This document shows positions 46,118-57,600 of a DNA stretch of 59,930 bases, piece after piece; the stretch's first letter is position 1, and each line of letters starts with the position of its first letter. The stretch spans positions 1 through 59,930 of IMG/VR virus record IMGVR_UViG_3300035195_000113; one strand, 5' to 3'. Made by a program: the position numbers and the translations under genes. This stretch comes from a virus. Taxonomy: Duplodnaviria; Caudoviricetes. The notes beneath the pieces were generated by a model. That model saw only the letters and a program-made list of their open reading frames with translations, did no database searches and was not told where the DNA came from.

Positions 46118-49100
46118 ATGCCAGAGTTAAAGCACCATTTTCGCTTCGGGAAGATGAACAAAGACCTTGATGAAAGGTTAGTTCCAAATGGCGAATATAG
46201 AGACGCTCTGAATGCTCAAATAGCTAGTTCAGAAGGAAATGATGTAGGCACTTTACAAAACGTGTTAGGTAACAAGTTGGCTTACCCATCTCTAATGAAC
46301 ATAGCTGGATCTAAATGCATCGGCTCTTGTAGAGACTCTGCTAATGATAAAATATACTGGTTCATAACAGGTACATCTATTGATGTTATAGCTGAGTATG
46401 ATCAGTACACTAAAACAGTATCACCAGTCTTGGTAGATACTAACAACATCTTAGATTTAAGTTCTAGTAACTTGATAACAGGTGTTAACATAATCGAAGG
46501 GTTATTATTCTTCACAGACAATAGATCTGAACCTAAGGTCGTTGATATTAAAAAGTTTAAAGAAGGTTCTTCTAACTTTACTACACACACTACACTAACA
46601 ACAGCATATTCAACAGCAACTTATGGCTTTACACTAGATGATGTAACTGTTATAAAGAAATCGCCAATCGAAGCGCCGACAATAGCCATGTCAGCATCTT
46701 TAAGAGGCGGTATAGTCGAAAGTGTATGTATAGCAAAAAGCTTTGTTGATGGTAGCGGAGAGGCTTTAACACCAGGAGCTCACCCTGATTCTAATAGTAA
46801 TTTTACTTTCCAACATAACATGAACCTACAGGTAGGTGATAGGTTAAAGTTTACAATATTAGACGAATCAGAAGATGACGAGGTTATAGCTACAGTTATA
46901 GATATTCTTTCTTTTTCACCAAATAGCTTTAAGTTAAACTTAGATTCTATATCTGATGGTATAGTTACTGGTACCCAAGACTGGAAAGTTATATTAATGG
47001 AAGATAAATCTTTGTTTGAATTTAAGTTTCCTAGATTTGCATATAGATACAAGTATGATGATGGCCAGTACTCTGCTATTGGGCCATTTAGTCAAGTAGC
47101 TTTTTTACCAGATGAGTTTGATTATAATCCTAAAAAAGGTTTTAACAAAGGTATGGTTAATACTTTAAAGAAATTAACTATATCAAACTTTGTTACAAGT
47201 CATTTACCTAAAGACGTTATAGAAATAGATGTATTATACAAAGAAGATAAAAGCACTAACATATACACGGTTAAAAGTTTAAAGGGTAGTCCTGAAAACC
47301 AAGATGAAGAGTGGACTAATAACTCTATGCTAATAGAGTCTGAGATAATATACAAAGTACTACCATCTGTTCAGCTACTTAGACCTTGGGATAATGTTCC
47401 TAAAAAAGCTAAAGCTCAAGAGTTTTCTGCAAACAGATTGATATACGCGAACTACACACAACAATATGACATTAAAGATGTTAATAACGCAGAAATAACA
47501 CCTAAGTTTGATGTATCTATAATACAATCAGATGACTCTAGTTATGGCGTTAGAACACCAGGTAAGTCTATAAAGTCCATGAGAACATATCAATTAGGCG
47601 TTGTTTATAAAGATGCTTTTGGTAGAGAGACACCAGTGTTAACAGACACTACAGGTTCAATACAATTACCTAAATCACAAGCTGTTAACTGGAATGTTCT
47701 TAATGTGAAGATTTTAAGTAATCCTCCTTCTTGGGCAACACATTATAAATACTTCTTAAAAGAAACATCTGCTGAGTATTATAACTTAGCTATGGATAGA
47801 CACTATCCTGCTGAAGATGGTAATGTTTGGTTAGCTTTTCCTTCCGCTGAAAGAAACAAAGTTAATGATGAAACTTTTTTAATATTAAAGAAAAGACATG
47901 ATAGTGATGCTTTTGTTGAAGATGAAGCTAGGTACAAGATAATAGCTATTGAAAACGAAGCTCCAGATTTTTTAACAATATCAAAAGTGTCTAAAGGTAT
48001 AGCTACGGCAGATAATAATGGTAACTTATTTATAGATGGTGGTTACCCAGAAAAAGGTACTGCGCAAATAAGAATACCTAGAAGTTTATGGAAACCTCAT
48101 TTTGGTGGAACAACAGGAAGCGGTGATGACATAGATTTATCAACAGCATCAATACATACTCTTTCAGACTTAATGGTTAGAGTAAAAAAAGGTAACAATG
48201 TTACTAAGTATTATGATATAGCTAATATAATTTACGAGCCTGTGGCTGGAAACTTAGAGTTTGTTAACACAACTACAGATTGCCCAGATGATAAATATTG
48301 GCAAATAAATATAGAAAAAACATTCGATGAGTCAGATGTTAATTGGTTAGGTACTGTAGGAGGAGGTGACACTATACAGAGCGTTTCAATGACTGTTGAA
48401 ATTGCTCAAAAAGTAAGAAAACTAAAACCAGAGTTTCAAGGTAGATTTTTTACTAAAATATACAGAGACTCTTCGCTAGAGCAAAACATATTACAATTTG
48501 GCAACATTGATGAGATGAGAACTATAGCTCAAAATAACTTTTGGCAAGTTGGTAATGATGCTGGTACATCTTTAGGTGCTAATACTGGTGGTAATCAAAG
48601 TACTAGGTATAACTATTGGAAAAAGAAAGATAAAGGAACAGGGACTAATTTTGGTGCTGGTTGGTTTATACCTAGGTTTACTAAATTTTATTCATGGAAA
48701 GATTTAGGTGGTGAAGGAGATGTAAATCCAAACAGAGATTTAGGTGCAAGTAGCCATCCGCACACGGCTGTAAAAAATACGCAAGGATACGGTATAAGGC
48801 AAGGTGAAACAGTTATTGAACTTGCTTTTCACGCTTTTGGTGATGGTGCGAGTAATAGTAAGAGTGGCCAAAACAGTGTAAAATGGGGTGAGTGGATTAA
48901 GTTTGGAAACACAGTCGCGCCTCAACACAAGGATTTTGTTAATGCATTACAAACAACTGGTAATTACATAAAGTTTTCAGGTGATCCTGATCAAACAGCT
49001 TATCAAATAAAAGGATATAGAAGAGGTGGTGCTATTATGTTTAAAGGTAGAAATAGTAACGGAAACGGTAGAACAGGTACTTTTGGATCTTCAAGAGTTG

Positions 49101-50536
49101 TAATATTTACAATAAAGCTAGATAAACCTATACAATGGGCTCCAGAAGACAATGTACCAAACATATTAAATGGCTATCATTATAATACACCTATACAAAT
49201 AGGTACAACCTACGTTGACGAAGATGATTTAGACGGATTTACAACAGATAACCCAGGTATATGGGAGACTGAACCCAAAGAAGTTGCTGAGCTAGACATA
49301 TATTACGAGGCTAGTAATGCTTACGCTATTAGTACACATGGTAACGATATAGCTTTAGATTATCATAATTGCTATTCCTTTGCTAACGGAGTTGAATCTA
49401 ATAGAATAAGAGATGATTACAACGCTACATATATAGCTAAAGGAGTTAAAGCTAGTAGTACTTTAGCAGAGCAATACAATGAAGAGGTTAAAACTAATGG
49501 TTTAATATTTTCTGGTATATTTAACTCTACATCTAGTGTAAATAGACTAAACCAATTTATAATGGCAGAATCTATAACTAAAGATATTAACCCTTCTTAC
49601 GGAAGTATACAAAAGTTAGATACTAGAGATACGAACATATCTGTTTTCTGTGAAGATAAAGTATTAAGAATACTAACAAACAAAGACGCTTTGTTTAATG
49701 CTGACGGAAACGCTAATATAACTTCTAATAGAGCTGTGTTAGGCCAAGCTGTACCATATGTTGGTGAATTTGGCATAAGTAAAAACCCTGAAAGCTTTGC
49801 TAAGTATGGATTTAGAAGTTACTTTGCAGATAGAGCCAGAGGAGCTGTTTTAAGGCTATCTCAAGATGGTTTAGAATTAATATCAACAAAAGGTATGGGT
49901 GATTATTTTGGAGACAAACTAGCTGTTACTCAAATAGCTATTGGTGCTTATGATGAAGACAAAAGTTCTTATGATCTATCACTACAAAGTAACACAGTAA
50001 GAGGATCTGATGACACTGTTTCATACAAAGAGCAAGTTGGCGGTTGGCCAAGTAGAAAATCTTATATACCTGAAAGCGGTATTACTTTAAATAACATTTA
50101 TTATACATTTAAAAACGGTGAAATGTATTCTCACGATAATGAAATTAGAAATAACTTCTATGGAATCCAATATAATACTTCTGTTAAGTTAGTTATGAAT
50201 GAGATGCCTGATGTTGTTAAAGGTTTTAAAACATTAAACTACGAAGGATCTAAGCCTTATTACAAGCCTAACCTAACAGATGATCAGTATTATAATAATG
50301 TATTGCAATTTGGTTGGTATAATACAGCTGTAGAAACAGACTTGCAGTCAGGTATTGCTAATGAGTTCAAAGGAAAAGAAGGTAAGTTTTTCAATTACAT
50401 ACATGGCACAGGTACAACATTAAGTAATTTAGATACTAAAGAATTTTCTGTTCAAGGTATTGGTAACCTATCAAGTATATCAGGTGATGTTGCTCCAGCT
50501 AATATAACTATAACTTTAAAAGAAAACGACGACTAA
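46118..50536 (+). CDS. Tail stabilisation/nozzle protein (P22 gp10-like)
   Basis: GKMNKDLDERL..NGEYRDALN N-terminus; GISKNPESF; 1472 aa. Confidence 0.7.
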   Translation: MPELKHHFRFGKMNKDLDERLVPNGEYRDALNAQIASSEGNDVGTLQNVLGNKLAYPSLMNIAGSKCIGSCRDSANDKIYWFITGTSIDVIAEYDQYTKTVSPVLVDTNNILDLSSSNLITGVNIIEGLLFFTDNRSEPKVVDIKKFKEGSSNFTTHTTLTTAYSTATYGFTLDDVTVIKKSPIEAPTIAMSASLRGGIVESVCIAKSFVDGSGEALTPGAHPDSNSNFTFQHNMNLQVGDRLKFTILDESEDDEVIATVIDILSFSPNSFKLNLDSISDGIVTGTQDWKVILMEDKSLFEFKFPRFAYRYKYDDGQYSAIGPFSQVAFLPDEFDYNPKKGFNKGMVNTLKKLTISNFVTSHLPKDVIEIDVLYKEDKSTNIYTVKSLKGSPENQDEEWTNNSMLIESEIIYKVLPSVQLLRPWDNVPKKAKAQEFSANRLIYANYTQQYDIKDVNNAEITPKFDVSIIQSDDSSYGVRTPGKSIKSMRTYQLGVVYKDAFGRETPVLTDTTGSIQLPKSQAVNWNVLNVKILSNPPSWATHYKYFLKETSAEYYNLAMDRHYPAEDGNVWLAFPSAERNKVNDETFLILKKRHDSDAFVEDEARYKIIAIENEAPDFLTISKVSKGIATADNNGNLFIDGGYPEKGTAQIRIPRSLWKPHFGGTTGSGDDIDLSTASIHTLSDLMVRVKKGNNVTKYYDIANIIYEPVAGNLEFVNTTTDCPDDKYWQINIEKTFDESDVNWLGTVGGGDTIQSVSMTVEIAQKVRKLKPEFQGRFFTKIYRDSSLEQNILQFGNIDEMRTIAQNNFWQVGNDAGTSLGANTGGNQSTRYNYWKKKDKGTGTNFGAGWFIPRFTKFYSWKDLGGEGDVNPNRDLGASSHPHTAVKNTQGYGIRQGETVIELAFHAFGDGASNSKSGQNSVKWGEWIKFGNTVAPQHKDFVNALQTTGNYIKFSGDPDQTAYQIKGYRRGGAIMFKGRNSNGNGRTGTFGSSRVVIFTIKLDKPIQWAPEDNVPNILNGYHYNTPIQIGTTYVDEDDLDGFTTDNPGIWETEPKEVAELDIYYEASNAYAISTHGNDIALDYHNCYSFANGVESNRIRDDYNATYIAKGVKASSTLAEQYNEEVKTNGLIFSGIFNSTSSVNRLNQFIMAESITKDINPSYGSIQKLDTRDTNISVFCEDKVLRILTNKDALFNADGNANITSNRAVLGQAVPYVGEFGISKNPESFAKYGFRSYFADRARGAVLRLSQDGLELISTKGMGDYFGDKLAVTQIAIGAYDEDKSSYDLSLQSNTVRGSDDTVSYKEQVGGWPSRKSYIPESGITLNNIYYTFKNGEMYSHDNEIRNNFYGIQYNTSVKLVMNEMPDVVKGFKTLNYEGSKPYYKPNLTDDQYYNNVLQFGWYNTAVETDLQSGIANEFKGKEGKFFNYIHGTGTTLSNLDTKEFSVQGIGNLSSISGDVAPANITITLKENDD

Positions 50537-50537
50537 T

Positions 50538-52337
50538 ATGGCACTTACTAATTGCACTATAAATTCAACATCAACACAGACACCAGGTGGTCAAGCTGTA
50601 GGTTCTTTAGCTAGTTTAGTTTTAAAAATAAAACCAGATAACGGTTACGTTTTACAAGCATTAGATTTTTCTAATAACACAGGTAGCGTTACTGGTATAG
50701 CTAGTATAACTTTAGCTAACTCATCGACTGCTTACGCTGATAATAACGAGATTTCTGTAACCGTAGATATAGATAATACATTTTCACCAAGTGCTGATGT
50801 TGATTTTGTTATAGATATAGATGGAGCGGCTATATTAAAAAAGCTTGTTCCACAAACGATAAACGGCACATATGATACTGCTGTAAGCAATGCAACACCA
50901 GCTAGTCAAACAGCTGTTCAGTACAGTGTGTTTGGAACACCAGGTAGTATAGTTAGTTTATTTAGTAAAACATTTACAGCTTCTTCTGGAAAGTTTTTTG
51001 AAACACCTCCTTCTTATGTTATATCTACTGGATCACAAGATACGTATATTATTACTGCTACAGACACATACACTAGTGATGTTTATTTAACAGCTAGAAC
51101 TTTTACGGTAAAAGGTAAAATACCTAGCCAAACTATAAATGGTGATAACATTGATTTTACAGCTAACGCTAGTGCCTCTATAGTAGCTGTATCAACAGGT
51201 AAGATAACAGCGTTTAGATTAGACACAAGCACTATGACTTACGATAGAGGTAATAGAAAACTAGTAATATATGGTGATGTAGGTGCTCAATTTAGGTTAG
51301 GTATGACTAACGAAGATAGTTTATCCTATAATTTTACAACTAGTGATTTTGTTAATGGAGCTTCGTTTACAGGCACTATACCTTCTTCTGGTTCAATCTT
51401 ATTTGATATAAATATACCAGCTGTAACTGACGATGACTTATATAGCTTTACACTAAGCACTGTGCCTTTTAGTGGATCTCAACTAGCGGCTAACATAGAT
51501 TCTAACGGAGATCAAGTTGCTAACTTTTCAATATCACAAATAGGTGATGTAACGTATACCGTAACAACAGATTCGGCTAGTGATTCAAGAACATACACAA
51601 GTAACCCATCAGCAGTACATATTGGCCAACCGTTTGTAGAGTATGATTTTGTAAAAACTGTTACATCTGTTTTAACTTTAACTGATAATGCAGATATAGT
51701 TTTAACAAGACTACCACTACCTGAAGATTTTACAGCTTTAAACACTGATTCTTCTTCTGCTACTGATTCTTCTATAGATATAACAAGCGTAACAGTAAAC
51801 CCGCCTCTTGTAGGTGCTTCTGGAAACCAAAGTTTAGCTATTACCGTGGTGTCTACTATAGATTACTTTGGATCAACAGCTTCTTCACACACGCTAGATT
51901 TAGGTAATTTTATAGCAGCAGAAAGTATTTCTGGAGTTTCTGGATTTAGATTATACACACCTACAGTAACAGGTGTTAGTGGTCTTATAATAGGTCCAGC
52001 AAGAGCTAGTTATACTGTTCTTAACGGTATTTCAGGTACTAACACTAAAAGTATTGCATATGGAACTCCTAGTGGAACAAACATAACTAGTGGATCTGGT
52101 GTGTTATATGGTAACTTCTACGGAAATAGCTTACAGCAAATATCGCTTAGTATATCCGCAACAAGTTCTTCAGCTTTCAACACGACACAAAGTTTAACAA
52201 TATCACCTAATAATTTAGTTGGTCAAGCTCCAGCACAAGATTTACATTATACTTGGACGGCTAAAACAGACGAGATAATAGACGCTAGTTCTGATATGAC
52301 TTTTAATATAACCGTTGGTCTATTTAACAACCCATAA
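50538..52337 (+). CDS. Beta-rich virion structural protein
   Basis: S/T-rich, Ig-like composition. Confidence 0.65.
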   Translation: MALTNCTINSTSTQTPGGQAVGSLASLVLKIKPDNGYVLQALDFSNNTGSVTGIASITLANSSTAYADNNEISVTVDIDNTFSPSADVDFVIDIDGAAILKKLVPQTINGTYDTAVSNATPASQTAVQYSVFGTPGSIVSLFSKTFTASSGKFFETPPSYVISTGSQDTYIITATDTYTSDVYLTARTFTVKGKIPSQTINGDNIDFTANASASIVAVSTGKITAFRLDTSTMTYDRGNRKLVIYGDVGAQFRLGMTNEDSLSYNFTTSDFVNGASFTGTIPSSGSILFDINIPAVTDDDLYSFTLSTVPFSGSQLAANIDSNGDQVANFSISQIGDVTYTVTTDSASDSRTYTSNPSAVHIGQPFVEYDFVKTVTSVLTLTDNADIVLTRLPLPEDFTALNTDSSSATDSSIDITSVTVNPPLVGASGNQSLAITVVSTIDYFGSTASSHTLDLGNFIAAESISGVSGFRLYTPTVTGVSGLIIGPARASYTVLNGISGTNTKSIAYGTPSGTNITSGSGVLYGNFYGNSLQQISLSISATSSSAFNTTQSLTISPNNLVGQAPAQDLHYTWTAKTDEIIDASSDMTFNITVGLFNNP

Positions 52338-52348
52338 AATAAAATAGC

Positions 52349-52693
52349 ATGGCTAATATAACATTAACATTTTTAAACCCAGTACAGGATTCTGTTCAAA
52401 TAGGTGATATAGCTTATTTTTCTTCGACATCTACTGTTGGTAATTTTAATACCGCTGGAACTATAAATAAAATTGGAGCAATAACAGCTGTTACAGATTT
52501 ATCAATATCTTGTGACATAGAGCCATTTGCGGTTAGACCATCAGCAAATGATTTTATATTGTTTAGTAAAGATAATCAAGCTAACATGGCTAGTATAGCT
52601 GGATACTACGCTGAAGTTGATATGCAAAACAACGATACAGCTGCTGCGGAAATATTCACAGTGAGCTCTGAGGTGGTTGAAAGTAGTAAATAA
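52349..52693 (+). CDS. Small structural protein
   Basis: ORF. Confidence 0.7.
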   Translation: MANITLTFLNPVQDSVQIGDIAYFSSTSTVGNFNTAGTINKIGAITAVTDLSISCDIEPFAVRPSANDFILFSKDNQANMASIAGYYAEVDMQNNDTAAAEIFTVSSEVVESSK

Positions 52694-52694
52694 C

Positions 52695-52705
52695 ATGTAA
52701 TAATA
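52695..52705 (+). promoter_or_regulatory. Putative late promoter motif ATGTAATAATA
   Basis: Intergenic, before the ejection genes; similar to 5155, 13593 and 34293. Confidence 0.4.
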
Positions 52706-52728
52706 ATAGATATAACAAAATATAAAGT

Positions 52729-53400
52729 ATGGATCCATCAATGGTAATTGGAGGCGTTAAAGCCTTAACTAGTATAGCCGGAGGAATTATCGGAAGCGGT
52801 AAAAGAAAACGAGAACAAAGACAGGCTCAAGCTGGTTACGATAAAACGTTGGCTAGATTAGAGAACATGGACACATCTAATCCTTATGCTAACCAACAGA
52901 ATGTCTACGAAGACTTAACTGTTAATACGCAGCAAGCTGATATGTTAGCTGGTCAACAACAACAATCATTGTCAAATACAATGGGTGCTTTACAAGGTGC
53001 AGCCGGTGGATCTGGTATAGCTGCGTTAGCTCAATCAATGGCTAATCAACAATCACAAAACTTACAACAAGCAACCTCTAGTATAGGGCAGCAAGAATCA
53101 CAAAATCAACAACTAGCGGCTCAACAAGCAGGTCAAATGCAAACTAATATGGCTCAGGGAGATATGATGTCTAGGCAAATGGAAGCTAGCAAAACAACAG
53201 GTATGTTGGGTAGAGCTGGCCAAAGGTTATCAGCTGCTAATCAAGCAAGGCAACAAGCTACAAACTCTATAATGGGTGGAGTTGGAGAACTAGCCGGTAT
53301 GGGTGCAACTTTCTTACCAGGAGGAGCTAATAACGCATTAAATAAAAACGCACCTGGCGCATCAGGCCAGATAACGCCTCCACCAGGTGGTGTAGCTTAA
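52729..53400 (+). CDS. Internal virion/DNA ejection protein
   Basis: G/A/Q-rich helical protein with hydrophobic N-terminus, typical of podoviral ejection proteins. Confidence 0.7.
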   Translation: MDPSMVIGGVKALTSIAGGIIGSGKRKREQRQAQAGYDKTLARLENMDTSNPYANQQNVYEDLTVNTQQADMLAGQQQQSLSNTMGALQGAAGGSGIAALAQSMANQQSQNLQQATSSIGQQESQNQQLAAQQAGQMQTNMAQGDMMSRQMEASKTTGMLGRAGQRLSAANQARQQATNSIMGGVGELAGMGATFLPGGANNALNKNAPGASGQITPPPGGVA

Positions 53401-53414
53401 TTAACAATATATAT

Positions 53415-54677
53415 ATGGAACTACCAGATTACTCAGGAGCAAAAGTTGGTCAAGTGACTAACGTCGATGCGATGAATAACTCTAAGATGTTAGATAAACA
53501 TTTTGAAGAACAAATGAATAGTATTGTTGCTCGAAAAAGACAACAAAAAATAGAAGAAGCTAGAGCTAATGGTAAGGTTGAAAAATATCTTAACAGTATG
53601 CCTGATGGTATAGACACTAGTAAGTTACCACAAAAATACATACCTGGTGTTCAAGAGTGGGCTAAAGAAAGACAATTAGAGTTTGCTCAACTAGCTCAAC
53701 AAGCTGCTACAGCAGAAAGTAATGGTGATTTTTCAAACAGTGTTTTAATTAAAAGTGAAATGAGTAAAATAGAAAGCTCATTTAGAAACTTAGATGGTCA
53801 ACTTACTTCGTTTAAATCCTATAAAGATAACTTTTTAGATGATAGCCAAAACGGTATGGTTAGCAACTCTGTAAATACTAATAAAAGAAATTTATTATCT
53901 TCTGTATATACTGATGAGTTAAATATGAGTTTTGATGAAAGTGGTGGAATTACATTTGTTAACGAAGAAGGTGGTTATGTTAAGTTTGACGAAATACCTG
54001 ATTATACTGTAAAAAACAATAAAGGTGCTAGCGAGATATTAAATATGAATGAAGCTGTTTATAAAAGTGGAGTAATGAGTCCTAGCTCAGAAAGGTTATA
54101 TAGAATGAAACTACAAAATATAACCAAGTCAAGAGATGAAGTAATGTCTTTAGCTACTGATGATTTTATAACAGAAGGTGGTCTTGGTATAATGGACGAT
54201 GACTTGTTGTACAACGAAGAAAGAACTGATGAGCTTAGAAATATGGTTATAGATTCTTATATGAACATGTTTAAAGAAACCGCATCAACCAGTGTTAAAG
54301 AAAAGGCTAACAGAACAAGAACAAAAACTAGAAGCGGTAGCGCAACTGAAAGAAAATACGGAACAGTATTAAACAATATGTTTAAAGGTTTAAGTAATTT
54401 TGCAAATGGTGACGGAGGTTCTTTAACAGCTTACTCTAAGGGTCAATTTTTAGATAACGAAGACGGTACTGGTGATCTTATATATAGCGACGAAGTTATA
54501 AGTCTAGGTAAAGAATTAAATGAAAACACTATTTATAGAATATTAAAAAAAGAAGGTGTACCAGATAACATGATACCTTCTTTAGAAGAAATTAGAGAAA
54601 TGATAAATGGTGGTAGTAGTGAAGAACAAGCTACAGAACCATCAGCAGCAGATTTAATAGCTAAATACTCGAATTAA
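53415..54677 (+). CDS. Probable internal virion protein
   Basis: Helical; lies between the ejection protein and the giant ORF. Confidence 0.65.
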   Translation: MELPDYSGAKVGQVTNVDAMNNSKMLDKHFEEQMNSIVARKRQQKIEEARANGKVEKYLNSMPDGIDTSKLPQKYIPGVQEWAKERQLEFAQLAQQAATAESNGDFSNSVLIKSEMSKIESSFRNLDGQLTSFKSYKDNFLDDSQNGMVSNSVNTNKRNLLSSVYTDELNMSFDESGGITFVNEEGGYVKFDEIPDYTVKNNKGASEILNMNEAVYKSGVMSPSSERLYRMKLQNITKSRDEVMSLATDDFITEGGLGIMDDDLLYNEERTDELRNMVIDSYMNMFKETASTSVKEKANRTRTKTRSGSATERKYGTVLNNMFKGLSNFANGDGGSLTAYSKGQFLDNEDGTGDLIYSDEVISLGKELNENTIYRILKKEGVPDNMIPSLEEIREMINGGSSEEQATEPSAADLIAKYSN

Positions 54678-54679
54678 AT

Positions 54680-57600
54680 ATGGAAGAATTAGAATTGATC
54701 GTCCAAAGAATGATGGACGCTGGTGAGTCAGAGGAAAACATTAAAGCAGTCGTGCAGGAGTTTTCTGCGGGAAAGCAAACGGATCCTGTAAATGTGGAGG
54801 CAAATGCGGGGTCGGAAAAAGATATGGCCTCAAGATCGGAAGATGGTTTATCGGCTTGGCAGTCGGTTAAAAACTCATTTTCAAATATGTTCGAGCAAGT
54901 TGGCGATCTTGGTGAATTTTGGCTCGATCCAGGTGGTGAAGGTGAAGGTGCTAGATCCTCTTTAGATGTCGCGACTAACGCTGTTTACGCGGGTATTTTT
55001 GGTCAAGATGCCTTAGATAATTATGTTAAAGAGAAGGGTGAAGACTCATGGATGGCCCAAGGTCTTGGTAGTGATAAAACTCTAGAGTCAATAAAAAAAC
55101 ACGAAAAAGAAAAACAAGAATCCAAGCAAACCTTAGGCATCATTGAAAGTGCGAAAGAAGGTGATATTGGAGGTCTTTTAGCTGGAGGTGTAAATGCTAT
55201 TACTAGCATGATTGGTAGTGTTGCTTATGGAGTCGGTACGTTAGGTACTGGATTCTTTATGGATTATGTTGCTGAAAATTATATTGAGTTTAATAAACTA
55301 AAAGCTGAAAACCTAGGTATAAGCCTTGATGAGTTAATAAATAGTGGGAAAGCTGATCACGCAACACCAATAGGTATGGGTGCTATATCAACTGGTTTGG
55401 AACTTGTTGGTTTAGGTACTGTTTTGAAAGCAGGAAAAGGAGCTATTAAAGGCTCTTCAAGCACAGGTTTAATAGGCAGCGCTAATAAGTATATAGCTGA
55501 AAAATTAATATACAGCTCTAGCGCTAGAAAAGCTGTGTCAATTTTAGGTGCTGGTTCTACTGAATTTACAACAGAAATACTACAACATGCTTCTGACGAG
55601 ATAAATAGAGAATTTGGTAGTGTAGCTGGAACCGATAAGGAGGCTGAAATAGCTAAAACTTTTGTAGATGCTATAACTAGCGAAGAAGGACTAGAGGCTG
55701 GTATACAGGGTTTCCTCGGTGGAGGTGGAATGGTTGGAGGATCTTACTCAGCTAAAGCTATGAGCACTATACGTAGCACTGTTGATGGTAATAAGATTGA
55801 TAAAGATATAACTGAATTATCAAACTTAAGAAATCAACACAAAAACGCAACAGACAAAGACGTTAAAGAAGGTATACAAATAGAGATAGATAAAAAAGAA
55901 TCAGAAATATCAGACTCTATAAGAAAAGGTAATGAAATATACAACAGCCTTAACAGTGATCAGATAAGTGAAATAGAAAGTTTAACAGACTTAGCTGACG
56001 TGGCTGCTTTCAAAATAACTGATTTAAACAAGAAGCTTAGAAGAGGAGATATAACACAGTCTCAATATGATTCAGCTTCTATAGGTTTTAAAAACCAGTA
56101 TAAAAAAGCAAGACAGTCTTTAATAGACATGAACCTTGAAAAAAATATTGAGTTTGCTAAAAAAGAAGCAGAATCAAGAGGTTTAAAATTCAGAGTGTAC
56201 GAAACAACTAAAGCATTGCAAAAAGCAATGAATAGGTTTAAAACTAGTAAAGAAAATAAGCAAGAATTTAAAGATAACAAAGGTAATATACATGGTTTTA
56301 GTATAGGCAACGAGATTTTTATTAATAAAGAGGTTGCTAGGGAACAGGGAGCTATAAACGTAGGTGCTCACGAGGTTTTACACCCTATTTTTAATAAGTT
56401 AATTGGAGATGTTAAGAACCAAGGTAAATACGTCAAGCAGTTTAGAAAATCAATGACATCTGCTCAACGTAGTTTTGTGGATAACCAAATGAAAGAAAGA
56501 GGTTATACTAGCAAAGATCAATATAATACTGAGTATATAAACGTTTTCTCTGATGCTTTAAGAAACAAACAAATAAACTACGATAAAAACACATTTGAGA
56601 AAATAGGTGATGCTGTTTTAAGTATTATAAAACCAAAAGGATATGAAAATGCTTCTTTTGCAAATGGTAAGGAGGTTTATAACTTTATAAAAGAATATGA
56701 CAAAAGTATACAACAAGGAAAACTAACTAAATCAGCTAAAAAAGCCTTAGGTGACGTAGATCTTAGCGATGCTAGTCTTGAAGGTTCGATGCAGCAGAGT
56801 CAAGAAGCTGTTCAAGAAGTTAATGATATATACAACAATACTACGGATAAACAAATTGCAGGTTTTGACATAGCTGATAAATATAGAGGAATGGCTGAAT
56901 CTGTGTTTAATAGTTTAAAGGAAGGTAGTAATTATACGCAGAATCAAAAAGAGGTATTTAACGGTAAGAAAGAAGATATGCTTGCTATGATGTTGTATGA
57001 TAAAATACCTAGCCAAAAAGAAGACTCTAAAGCTAGGAATGTAGTTGGTTTAGTTCAAGACTTTGAATCTAAAAAACAAAAATATAATAACGTTGCCGCT
57101 TATGTAAATACTTTTTTCAAAGAAAGATCTAAAGAAGTATTTAAGTATTTTTCTAAAGATGCTGTTAACGAAGGTTTAACTAAGGAGGACGGTACTCTTA
57201 AGACTGCTGTTAGTAGTAAAACAAACGAAACATCTAATATAGACCAAGGCAAGAAGGCTAGAAAACTAAGCAGCTTTGATAAACTAATGAAAGGTGACAA
57301 GTCTTTTGTTGACCCTAAAATAAAAAGCAATATAATAACAAAGCTTACTAAAAACTTAAAAAGAATAGCTTTTAAAGGTAGGTTTAATGCTGAAAACATA
57401 ACTAACGAAATTAAAAGTTTAATAAAGCAAGAGATAGAAAACACTGTTGTTAAACGTATGGGTAAGATCAGTAAAACAAAAACTGGTGTTATCGTTAGTG
57501 AAGAGTATAAGAGCTTCCACAGTGAAAACTTTAACTCCATAATTAAAGCTCTACCTATATCTGTTATAAAGAAAAAATATCTTAAACTATTTAATTCTAA

